In this document: in pieces, positions 23,777 to 36,035 of the stretch
Layout: the number at the start of each line of letters is the position of its first letter
Position numbering within the stretch: the first letter of the stretch is position 1
Origin: Octopus vulgaris
Taxonomy: Eukaryota
Length of the DNA stretch: 64,000 bases
Reading direction: 5' to 3'
NCBI GenBank assembly: GCA_951406725.2
Contig: OX597817.1
Coordinates: forward strand, 106,702,001-106,766,000
The notes under the pieces: model-generated
Told to the model about the DNA's origin: nothing
Databases searched by the model: none
The model's input: the letters and a program-made list of their open reading frames with translations, nothing else
Translations under genes and position numbers: made by a program

Positions 23777-24648
23777 TTGGATTGTCCCATAAATAATGCA
23801 GTTTTTTAAAACTTCTTTTATTTTTCAAAGTTAAGATAAGGTTCTTTCCTTATATAAAATATACTCTCCTTCATTTTCTACAATGCTCTTCCATGTATCT
23901 GGTAGACTTGCAAGGCTCCTCTTCCAAAATTCACTTATATGTAACAAAAAGTACTTCTTCGGTATTGTTTTGACTTCATCTACGGAATTCATATTTTTTC
24001 TGTTCAAATGATTTTGGAGACTGCGGAATAAATGATTATCAGATGGGGCAATGTCTAGTGAATGTAGAGGGTGGGGCATCATTTCCCATTCAAACTGCTC
24101 CAGCCTTTGGAATGTCATCCTCGCTGTATGTGGCCAAGCATTATCCTGATGGAAGAACATGGCACTGACTTGAATGACTGGTTGAACAACCAGATCCAAG
24201 CTTCTCTGCTAGTTCCTCAACAGTTATGGGATTTTGTTCCACCAGGGTTTGCAGGATGTCCTTGACGAGCTCTACTGATCTTCTAGGATGTAGTTTCCAG
24301 TTCTGAATTTTGGAACCATTGTTGACACTGGATTATACTTATTGTCTGATCCTCATATACTGCATTAATATTCCTCATATTTTCCATTGCGTTGTTGTCT
24401 TTATTGAACTCATAAAGCAAAATATGCCAAATATTTTCCTTTGTCACTTCCATTAAAGCTTTCAAAAAATAACTGTTAAAAATTGAACTGTACTCTTCAA
24501 AACTTGCACTGTGTATAAGGTCATGGTAAAATTACTACCTGCTTTTATAGCAAGTTGATGCAGATCCCCCTCTGACTTCTACTCCTGTCCCCCTCCATCT
24601 TCTAGCTCATGCAGTTGAAAAAACTGCATTATTTATGGGATGATCCAA
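23777..24648 (-). mobile_element. Internally deleted mariner (DD34D) transposon, 872 bp
   Basis: TIRs TTGGATTGTCCCATAAATAATGCAGTTTTT / AAAAACTGCATTATTTATGGGATGATCCAA with TA duplications. N-terminal HTH remnant (24283-24465) and C-terminal HQDNAWPH...HSLDIAPSDNHLF. Confidence 0.92.
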
Positions 24649-25344
24649 TATGTCCTGTGTATCAGAAGTGATACACAGGACAGGCAAAGTGTTAAGTAAA
24701 GCATGCAATCTTAATCAGATGTGAAATAAATTTTTAAACCTTATCTAAGAGATTGTATTTTAGCAAGTTTAATTATTATCAACAGCAATTTATTAATTTC
24801 CATTTTGCAGCTAATTTTATCAACAAAAATGAAATATTTGATGGACAACTGACAGTAAATACCAAAAAATTTAGAATGCATTGCTAATATATGCTAGTTT
24901 AATTCTTCCAACACCAACTTGCCACAAGTACTTATATTAAAGTGTTCAAAATCATGGGAAAATATTACACTCAAGAATTTGTTTTGTTGAATTTTACTCT
25001 GTGTGTCTCAGGCTCAGAACTGGTATACTGTATACCTGTATGTTGTAAGAGATGTACCAAAAGGGTTGGCATTAGGTTGTGGGTCCCTATAATGCTAACC
25101 CCAGCTTTATCAATGAAAAGATTTCAAAATTAAGTTGAAAATTCAAAAACACAAAGGTAATATATTTTTGTTTGAAATATATTTTTGTCTGGCAAAAGGC
25201 TGAAATCTAGAAGGACAATTGAAATGTCTATATATTTGGTTGCTTCACTTTGCATTATGGGGTATTTCTTATTAATGTAATTCTGTTAGAAACAGCAAAT
25301 AGTTTTAGGTGACTAATGGATATTTATTATTGTTCATTTTACAG

Positions 25345-25426
25345 AGAAGTATTTAAAGCTCGATGTAAGAAGACCAAAAAACTAGTTGCATTAAAGAAGG
25401 TTCTGATGGAAAATGAAAAAGAAGGC
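25345..25426 (+). CDS. CDK9: CDK9 exon 2 (82 nt)
   Basis: ttttacag|A GAA GTA TTT...: EVFKARCKKTKKLVALKKVLMENEKEG|gtaagt; phase-compatible. Confidence 0.95.
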
Positions 25427-26694
25427 GTAAGTTTTTTATACTGAAAATTTTTATCAAAATAATTCTTATTTAACTAACATATCATGCTAATTTAGACTTC
25501 AACGATGAGAAAATCTTATTGATAGCAAAATGGCTGTCATTAAATTGTCGGGCAGAATGTCTCAAGGTATTTGTTTTGTGTTCAAATGGGGTAAAAAAAA
25601 AAATACTAATCCTGGTCAGTGGATTGGCAAGACTAAGAATATCAGACCAGATGTCTTTCGGTTTTTCTTCTGGCTCATTGATTGCGTTGTGAGTTCAAAT
25701 CCTGCAATGTGTGGTAGACTTATTCCATCACCCAGTTTAACACCACTGTCTGGTACTTTGAGTGCCTTTAGCAGAATCCACTCTGCTGCAAGCATTCAGG
25801 CCAGACCTCTGGTTTGAAGATACCTTCCTCTCTCTCCACCAGTCTTGGAAGCCTTGTAAAGAGTCATGGGCACTGCTTTCCCTCTTAACTAGATAATAAA
25901 AAAAAAATTGGCATCTAATTATAAATTTTGCTTGATGTCTGAAGTTGTTTCTTGAAAAAGTGCTGCGAGTGTTTTTTCCCTTCCCTTTTTCGCACTGCAT
26001 TATTTCTCATTAGTATCTTTTAATGCTCCTGATATTAAATGTTAGCCCTAACTGAAATGTTTCTCAAGCAAATATCATTTATTAATTATTTATTCTCTAA
26101 ACATATCTATTCTCTTTGCTAACCAGTGTACAATCTCATACATTTACTTAAATGATTCTTTCTTCACAATTGCAACAGTTATGGTTATATTTTACTGATG
26201 AGGTTATAATAACACTGAAATATACCTTCCATACTTGTCACAGTTGTTAAAAATAGTATTACTTATTTATTAATAGTCTTCATTCTTCAATACAAAGTTA
26301 TTTCTAGTTAGTTTCTACATTAAATATGTTAACATTCATCGTCATTATCATCATTTAACATCTGTTTTCCTTGCTGGCATGGGTTAGATAGTTTGACTGG
26401 AGATGGTAAGCCAGAGAGCTACACCAGGCTCCTGTCTGTTTGGTTTCTATGGCTGGATACCCTTCCTAACACCAACTACTCCACAGTGTCACTAGCTCTG
26501 GCCATGACCATGATTTCACTTAGTGTGACATGTCTTCTCAAGCACAGCAATTCACCAGAAGTCTTCGTCACTTGTCATTGCCTCTGTTAGACTTAACATC
26601 TGAAGATCACATTTCACTGCTTCATCCCATGTCTTCCTGGTTCTACCTCTTCCACACTGAATTAATTAAATGTTTTTTGATGGATTTCTTCCAG

Positions 26695-26785
26695 TTCCCC
26701 ATCACAGCATTAAGAGAAATCAAGATTCTACAACTTCTGAAGAATGAAAACATTATTAATCTTATCGAAATTTGCAGAACTAAAG
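26695..26785 (+). CDS. CDK9: CDK9 exon 3 (91 nt)
   Basis: ttccag|FPITALREIKILQLLKNENIINLIEICRTK|gtaagt; diagnostic PITALRE helix. Confidence 0.97.
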
Positions 26786-26905
26786 GTAAGTCTTGTCTTT
26801 TTTGCTACCTCTACTTTAGTAACTATTGTACTTTCTTATTTTCTTGCACTTGATGTTTTGTTTTTAAATTTTTTAATCTTCAAATATTCTTGTATTTTCT
26901 TTCAG

Positions 26906-27741
26906 CCACAAGTTACAATCGGATGAGAGGAACATTTTATCTAGTATTTGACTTCTGTGAACATGATCTGGCAGGTTTGCTAAGCAACGTCCAGGTAAAA
27001 TTCTCTCTTGGAGAAATCAAGAAAGTCATGCAACAGTTACTGAACAGTCTCTACTTCATCCATAGTAACAAAGTCCTTCATCGAGACATGAAAGCTGCCA
27101 ACATTCTTATTACCAAACATGGTGTACTCAAGCTGGCTGATTTTGGTTTAGCTCGTGCATTCAGTTTGAAAGGCCAGCCTAATCGTTATACAAACAGAGT
27201 AGTGACCCTTTGGTATCGGCCGCCAGAACTGCTTCTCGGCGAACGAAATTATGGTCCACCTGTTGATCTTTGGGGAGCTGGGTGTATCATGGCTGAAATG
27301 TGGACACGCAGTCCTATTATGCAAGGGAATACTGAACAGCATCAACTACAATTGATTAGCCAGTTGTGTGGGTCGATTACACCAGAAGTATGGCCTGATG
27401 TTGAAAACCTTGACTTGTACAACAAAATTGAACTTCCAAAGGGTCAGAAGCGTAAAGTAAAAGACCGCTTAAAAGTTTATGTCAAAGATCAATATGCTTT
27501 AGATTTGCTGGACAAATTGTTAACACTTGACCCTTCAAAGCGTTGTGATAGTGATACTGCTTTGAACCATGATTTCTTTTGGACAGATCCAATGCCTACT
27601 GATTTATCTCGTATGCTGTCACAACATACAACCAGTATGTTTGAATTTTTAGCTCCTCCACGTCGACGAGGTCCAACACAACACCATGTCCAAGCTCGAC
27701 CCACACAAAATCCTGACCAACATTATGAACGAGTATTTTAA
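26906..27741 (+). CDS. CDK9: CDK9 exon 4 (836 nt, to stop). Total CDS 1101 nt, 366 aa
   Basis: tttcag|(A)TSYNRMRGTFYLVFDFCEHDL...HRDMKAAN...DFG...RYTNRVVTLWYRPPE...YERVF*. T-loop Thr184 corresponds to human T186. Confidence 0.98.
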
Positions 27742-29678
27742 TATTTTTTACCTAACTATAAATCCTTTACTAGTTGTTGGCTAATGCTGACACACTCCCA
27801 TCATTGACAACTGGAAAGGTTTATATTCAAATAACTGTGATTTGTAAGAAATTGCTTTTCAAATCTGAATTTGGTTTCCCTTTAAATAGTATGCTGTTTA
27901 AAAAAAAATCAATTTCTTTAGCTGTAAATATTTTTCATAAAAAAAAAAAAAATGTTATTTTTTTATTGATATTTTTCTTGTTACATGTAACAGTAGTTTA
28001 AAATTTTTATTTACTACTTAATTTTGCAAATCAAGTTGTCTAAATCTTAAATTATTTGTTTTATATTACTAAAATTGTGTTTAATTATTTTGTAAGATAA
28101 GGATGAAGTCAAAGCTGACTTTGAAAATTAAAACTGAAAATGTCTGTGTGCACATGTGAAGACAAATTTGTGATTAAACCTGTTGTTATAAAGTAAACAA
28201 ACTTTTTCATCATTAATGTCAATTACTTTGGCTGAGTAAGTATTGTGAATAAGTTTTGGAAAACAAACAATAATCTATGGGGTGAACAGTTATTGTTAAT
28301 ACAGATCAGCTTAAAGCGAACAAACTTCAAACATGTTACAGTGTGATCAGGTTTTTTATTTTTTGCATATCCACATCAACATTGTTCAATGTCTTCCTTT
28401 TTTTTTTAAGATTTGGGTCCTACTTCTTGTGACCATATAGTCTCCCTGTGACAGGTAGTCTATCATAACTCAAAGAAAGTCCACTTGAATCCCTCAAGCT
28501 CTAAGATATTTTATAACAAATGAATGGATGAGATATCTCATTATAAGGCCTAAAGGCTACTTTAACAGATATATCTTGTCAAATTATATACTATGGGTTT
28601 ATGTATTTAGTTACTTTCTTTCTTCTGTTGACTCATTAAAAATCCTACCATCATCATTTGAACATCTCAACGGTAATAGACTGCCATTAATCCTCACCTT
28701 TTCCAACACTAAATCTTTCTCCTCTTAATCATCAGTATTGCTTTTGTAGTCAAATTTACTGGAAACCTCTGACGTTCGTCAATGAGTTCTTGCCCTTGAA
28801 AAATATTGTGAAAATTGTTTTGTCTTCCACACACCTCCCATGCAGATGATATCATCCTTCATAATTTTTTGCATCTTGGCATCATTCACATGAACCTAGA
28901 GACTTCATGCCAAAAATTGCACTGACTCCAAAAGATGCTCCAATGCAGTAATGTCAATCTTGTCTCCTTTAACAGTACAAAGATACAGGTACTAAGATTT
29001 TAAAAAAAACCCTAAGAGATAAATAATTATGCTAAGTGTATGGAACCTCATTCTAATGAAAACTCTTTTTTTGGATGTTTGTGTTGGAATAATTTGCAGC
29101 ACTAGTATATAATCCATATCAAATCCCAAACCTGCTGTACCATATTTTCAGCATGGTTTAAAATGTTTCTGAAGAACAGTATTTGAAGAATGATCCTAAA
29201 GAGGATAAACTGGCTTACAGGTGGTCTTTCATGAATATATAAAATAAGGTTATAAGTGCTCACAATCTATGCATGGAAGTTTTGGCCAATAAAGCTTTGA
29301 TTGGTTACAAAAGGCATTCGAAATTTCATTAAAAAATGAAGGTATTTCATAAATGCTTAATGAAGAGATGTATTAAAGTTTAGGTTTGTGTCAATTCATG
29401 AAACTCTTGAACAAAATTATATTGGGAAAAAGACCAACAATGCTACCAGATCTACACAATCCAGGAACTGGGTAAAATCATGATAATCTTACTATTAGCC
29501 CTATCACAGAATGAAATAAAATTTTAAAGATTTTTTTCCTTTGTACCCACTAACTTTTATATTCCCAAAATCACAAATATACTACTCATGAACAAGAATA
29601 AAAAATTAAAATTCTAACTATTGTTGATATTAACATTTGATTCTATTCCTCATTTATATAAAAGATACTTAAAACCAT

Positions 29679-29889
29679 TTAAACTCTTAGCATTCAGATT
29701 ACTCTGTCGAGTGTAATGCTTATTTATCTGCATTGTTTTGAATTAATTGTGCATTATCTTTAAGGTTTGAAATTTCTACGATGTGATTGTTTATTTTTAC
29801 AATGACATTGCTGGATGTGTATGAGATGCCAGATTTGACTAGTTTGAACATAAAACAGGATATGGCTAGTGTAAATGCTAAAGAGTTAA
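29679..29889. mobile_element. TTAA-flanked MITE (piggyBac/Kolobok-like)
   Basis: TTAAACTCTTAGCATT...AATGCTAAAGAGTTAA; interior is the reverse complement of 31948-32169. Confidence 0.7.
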
Positions 29890-30862
29890 GAAAACCCACA
29901 CAATGTTTATCAGCAAACTAACTCTTCTCAGATCAACAAGACAATGTAGTAGACACTATCACATCTAGAATCTGCAATTTCCTGAACAGTGTACCACAAA
30001 GATATCTCCTCACCTTGTTCTATGTAACCACATACCATTTCCACACACCCTCAAACATCATCAAGATGTTCCAAAATCAAGAGTTACAATAACATCTTTC
30101 AAATCCATCACACGTTTTTTCTAGGAACTTCTATGAGTCGTATATAGCAGTCATATTTTCCCAAAAACATGTTAGTCTTCAAAAAAAAAAAAAAAAAAAA
30201 AAGGACATTGGATGACAGAAAAAAAAAGAGATATGACTGGAAAACCTTTGAACACAGGCCTGCTCAACTTGGAAATAACAGCTACCCTTCTTTCTAGCAA
30301 AACCAGACAACAATTATAACAAACCAACTCATACCACCAATCAGTGAAAAATTTTATGCAGTCATTTGATATGCTAGAAACAGCTGTCAAATCTTCCTTA
30401 GTTCACCCCTCACTATCTTCAAAAATGGGAATATAGTCCGAGATATCCCTAAACAAAAGACAGTGTTGTTTCAGGCTGGAATGCCTTGGTCATAGGTCTG
30501 CTCAGTCAGAGCTGATCTGACTTCATTAATTCTGCTAGGGCTACAATTTCTCTATAAGAAATCAAACTACAATTGTATTATCACAGGCTGTCACAAACCA
30601 CCTGCACAATGAAACATGTTTAAACATGAAATACCAAAAAGACTACTTAGACACAAAAAGGGCAGTTTATATTTCAGTAGTCAGTACTTGTCACTGTATG
30701 TACATTCACTCCAAAACACTGACACATCTCTATTCAGTTCAGAAACATTTCCAACCACATGGTTACAGGTTGTTTCACTGTGTGACACCTTAGACAAGTA
30801 TCTTGGGCCAACCAAATCCTTGTGAGTGGATTTTGTAGATAGAAAAATGAAAAAAGCCCACC

Positions 30863-30898
<36 letters not shown>

Positions 30899-31947
30899 TT
30901 ATGCCTTTGTGTCTGTCTGCCACCACTGCTTGGCAACTGGTGTTGGTGTGTTTGCATTCTTATAACTTAACAGTTTGGCAAAAGAGACTAATAGAATAAG
31001 TACTAGACTTGAGAAAAAAAAAGTCTTTGGGTGGCTTTGTTCAACTAAAACCCTTCAATGCAGTGCCCCAGCAAGACCACAGTAAAATGACTGAAACAAG
31101 TAATGGTAAAAGATACAAGATTTCAAAATATATATACATAAAAATAGCAGCATATTATTAGCCTTATACTACAGTGTGATGAAATAGCTGTCACCAGAAT
31201 CTACAGACTAGACAGTAAGGAAGTCTTCACTGTAGCACATATATGAAACTACATGTTGGAATGGACAGCCTGGTCTTCAAAGAGACAGAAGTATAGATTA
31301 TCCAGAACTTTTGATTGCATTTAACTGTTTTGCCAACTACCTACAAGCTGTAAGGATAGGCTTTTTTTGTTTTGGAGAGGAGCTAATCTCTTATTTGCTT
31401 GCATGATATTTTTCTAAAACTTTTCATATTAAAAAACTATCTTAAAAACAAAATGATTTTACTGAAATTGATGAAATAAAATTAAGGTTTTGTTTTAGCA
31501 AAATCTCCAGATATCAAACCATAGACAGTTTAGGATTTTGGCTTACTGTTAATCTATTTAAATGGAAAAAAAAACTACTATATTAACATGTTGAACACTG
31601 AGATAGAAACCTAAATCCTGCAAACCAAGTCTAATTTTGACATTTGACTTTGGTTATTTAGCTAACAACTTTGGAAAAAGTTACATCTTTACTTTCTGTA
31701 CATGCCACTCCCATCTCACATTTTGTCTATCTGAGGAAATTATTTAACAATTCAGATTTATGCTTTTGGCTCTTCAGCAATTGTAGATGGTACCAAGAAT
31801 GAGGAGAATCACAGCTTCAAACTTTTTCTACATAGAACGGTTTTTAAAATTATTGTACTGACATTTAAATGATTAACTTGAAATATTTAAAACAATTTTC
31901 CTCTAATTTGCTCCCCTTTTTTTATAGTGAAATAGTTTTTCTTTTAT

Positions 31948-32169
31948 TTAACCCATTAGCATTTAAAACAACCATATCCAGCTAAAATATTCTGTTTTAT
32001 TATGAAACTGGCCAGGTCTGGCCTCTCACACCAACCCTACAATATCATTCTGGATATTAAGTTACCTTTTCAAAATCTCAAAGCTACAACATAATGCATG
32101 ATTAATACAAAGCAATGAGGATAAATAAGCATTACTTCTGACAGAATAATGTGAATACTAAAAGGTTAA
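31948..32169. mobile_element. TTAA-flanked MITE, second copy in opposite orientation
   Basis: TTAACCCATTAGCATT...AATACTAAAAGGTTAA. Confidence 0.7.
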
Positions 32170-34608
32170 ATGTAATTTGGTAAAATGTCGATATACTATA
32201 TTAATGAAGAATTGTCTAGGAGATAACAGTAAGACTTTATTCATGTCTTATACTTAATGAAGACCACCAAAATGATTGTAACCATTTTTTTTTCAGTAAC
32301 AACAAAACACATAAATAAAATGTTGGTTTCTTTTTCTTTTAATATCTTATCAAAATGAATGTTAAAATAGCATACTTACTAATGTCATGTTATAGAAAAA
32401 GCCATACTATTTTAAGGCACTTGAAATATCTACCAATAATGAAATTGGGAAGAGACAAGTTGACAACAGCAGTTGGCTATGAAATCATAGAAGGAATATG
32501 TGGTAGAGACTGTCATATGCTGACAATATAAAATTAAATCAACTAGCCCAGTTGTTGACAACAACGAAAATTCCAGTAGAAAAAGTACAGGGATGACATG
32601 TAAATAGCTCTCAACTACTGTGGATAGTCAAAAATATGAAATGAAATTTTCATAAAAATAAATTTAAAAGTTAGTTTCAAAATGCTAACAATATTTGTAA
32701 GTTAAACACAAGTCAATTGAACAGAAATGTGTAAGTATAATCTTGATTTATTCAGCACATGTCATAAGACAGTTGTTCAGCAGTCATGTATGTTAATCCA
32801 TATATATAGATGTTTAAATGAAAAGAAAAAAAGTTAAATGGCCAGAACTCAAATAATTAAGATTATCACAGTCATACATTTAGATATAAAATAAAATGAA
32901 ACCATCTGAAATAAAATGGTCTGACTGGTAAGAAATTAACTTCAAATGGAAAATAATAATAAATAAAAGATTTTATGCTTTGAAAATTGAAAAAGCATTT
33001 AAATATCACTTAAAAGCCCCTCTCCCTCCCAAATTTAAGCTAAGACTTACTAATGTATAAGGATACTTTGCTGTGTATGAAACTATTAGAGTTTTTTTTT
33101 TTTAATGTTTTGAGTTAAAAAAAGGCCAATGGGAAATTGAATTTATTGATCTGTGAGAGTAAAATTTGGGCAACTATGATCATTTGTTACAAATGCCAGC
33201 TTGATGCTAAAAAAAAGAGAGGCGTGATGATGGAGGTGAAATTGAGAATCTGTTTTACAAAGGGATTTGTTGATAAACTACAATCAAGAAAATGGAAATA
33301 TATAGAAATCCTTGTATATATAAATAGTTTGAGCAAAGGGAACTGGTCGATATTGCAACAAATTCCAAAAATGTTCAAATACTTAAATATAAGTTTAAGA
33401 AGATTTTAAAAAATTAGAGAAATAAAAGCTCATCTTGAGCAAAGTTGATCATTTTATACATTTTATGTAATTTAAATCTGTTATCAAAAAGGTTTGATAA
33501 CAATTAAAAGTTCCAATTTTCTGACAAAAGTCCAGTTGAGTGATTAGATCAAGATCTCTCTCATTCAAGTCAACTTTGGTAGAATAGATTTTCAATAATC
33601 TAACCAACAAGAAAAATTCACTGATTGGAAGCATAAAAAGAAATACATTTTTTTTTTCTTTGTACAATGTAAGCCATGTATTACTTGATGCTTAAAATAT
33701 TGTTTTATTAAAGATAAATTTATTCAAAGGTAAATGAAAAAATATATTTTATTGTCAAGTTATTAAAATGTATGTTTTGTATTTTTTTCCTCCTGCAGCA
33801 AATAGAAGTTTTTATACCAACTCCAGATGAAATATGAAACCAAAAAATTTTGAGGGGAATTAAATATTTTCTTACTGAATCTTAACGAGAATGATGGTGG
33901 ATAAATTAAACTAAAGTTTAATCAGTAAACAGCTAAAAGAAATCAATATTTCAATGTAACTGATACACTTATCACAGGCTATAGATTCCCAGAAACAATC
34001 ACTAGTTAAACATATCTTCATAATTTAAGTAATATGTCATGATTGTGATTACTGAGACCTAAGGAATTTTATTATAAAACAATCATCAACGAGATCATCA
34101 GATTTCATTCAGTTTTTGTCAGATGAATTATTTACTGATTATCTTTATAAGAACATATTAAAATAACTAGACTTCCTATGAGTGGTCAACAGAAGTAAAT
34201 GACATGGAAGAGAGAATCTAAACTTGGGTTGGGTTTGAGCCAAGAGCAGGGAGAAAAATTCCAAGTAAAGAATTTATTGTGATATGAAAAAACTCGTGAA
34301 AATTGGAATGTTTCGTTGAAAGAAAAAAAAAAAAGCAAACAAAACATTTTTTGAAATGATGATTTACAAAGTTTTTAGTCCAACAAATCAGAATTGGCAC
34401 TAGAAAACAAATTTAAATAACCTTGCACTTTTCTTTGGCAACAATAATATATTAGTCTAAAAACCTAGAGGAATAAAATATGAAGGATGAAGAGCTTGAA
34501 AAGAATCGAATATTAGATGCACTGGACTTAGTGTATAACACTGATATCATCCTGTTTAATTCCAATGAAGATATGGTTTCAAGTAAAGTGACTTATGATC
34601 CTTCATGT

Positions 34609-34654
34609 TCAAACATCAGAGTTGGGACTCAGTAACGGTTCGGGTTCATTCTTG
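34609..34654 (-). CDS. PROM1: Prominin-like, probable last coding exon: (S)KNEPEPLLSPNSDV*
   Basis: Acceptor ctttcttattgcag; phase 2 matches the previous exon; ends in S-D-V then TGA, followed by AT-rich UTR-like DNA. Confidence 0.65.
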
Positions 34655-35971
34655 CTGCAATAAGAAAGTGGAAAAATTTCAATGGCACTGTTTATGGCTA
34701 AGCACTGAAGTGCTTTAAATGAAAGAGAAACTGGATAAGTAAACAATTTTGAATACATTGTTTTTTTTTTTTTTTTTTGGGTGTGTGTGTTGGGGGTAAT
34801 TTGGAAAAAATATGAAAAGTCTTCAGACTGAGTACAAAACGGAGTTGTACATATCTGGAAAACTCACTGTTAAAAGAAAATGAGTTTCTCAGTTCTATGT
34901 CAGAAATAGCTCTCGAATGATACAGTTTGTTTAGGAATGTAACTCAGTTTGTTTTTAAAATGGCAGCATAGAAACTAATTACATTGTGAAGGAATTATGA
35001 TAGCCATTGGAAACACTGTTATATTAACATTTTGTTTTATTTTGTGATAGTATGAAGTATAAAAAGAAATTCTTTTGGGACATCTGCCTGGTCCAGTTCC
35101 ATGAGAAAACACAGACATGTCTAAATATACAGCACTATCAAGAAAATAACAAAAATGAGTATAATAGTGTATATATGGATTAGATGGCTATTATATTGCT
35201 ACTACATGTAAGGATTTTAGTTTCAACACAATCTAAGATCAAGTAACTTGCCAGGCAAATATACAACTAGGAAACAATAGAACCACAATTTGAAAAGAAA
35301 AAGAAAGAAAGAAAAACAATTCAGCAATTTCAGATTCAAAACTTGGTATTTTACAATATGTGACAAACACACACACAAAAAAATTCAAAATATAAAATTA
35401 TAGGATAAACATGAACAATAACGACTTTAGGAGACAACTCAAACTGGATGCAGCAATGATGAATGATGTGTTATATATATATAAAGTGTAAATGTATTTC
35501 TAGTTTATTTTTATTCACATACCACTCCCCCGTCTTTTATCAATGCTAGGATTTTACTTATGAAAACACCTCTAAATGTCACAATGTAAGCCACTCACAC
35601 TTATCATTGAATCACACATTCTAAGAAATTTCCTATACAATATTAGAATTTCTTCACCAACTAATCTATATCTATATACAGTTCTTCGCCTTCAAATACC
35701 TATAAATTTACTTTGTATACATTATTCACTTGCTGATATATCTTCACCTTCAAATAACTACAGGTCTTTTTATACATTTATTTACTGATACCACGAAATG
35801 TCTATAAATCTACTTACTATACATTACTTCACCTACTAGTATGACTAAATCTATTTTATATACAGTTTTTTTTTTTTTACCTCCAAATACTTGGTCCTAA
35901 CTTCTGGCTTTAATTGATCCAAATGGATGTAGGAAATGATAGATGAATTAGAAAATATATACTTTAATTAC

Positions 35972-36035
35972 CTGCGGCGAGCTCGTGAGTCTTCAGTTTC
36001 CCAAACAGTTAATTTTAAATGCGGATAAGTATTAT
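35972..36035 (-). CDS. PROM1: Prominin-like tail exon (64 nt): (N)NTYPHLKLTVWETEDSRARR
   Basis: tttcatatcag / AG|gtaatt; phase 1 to 2, open; CpG-rich island in AT-rich context. Confidence 0.65.

Noticed and set aside
26530-26905. ORF-track N-termini for CDK9 (26530.., 26890..)
   Set aside because: They extend into introns; true boundaries are set by the AG/GT signals and phase.
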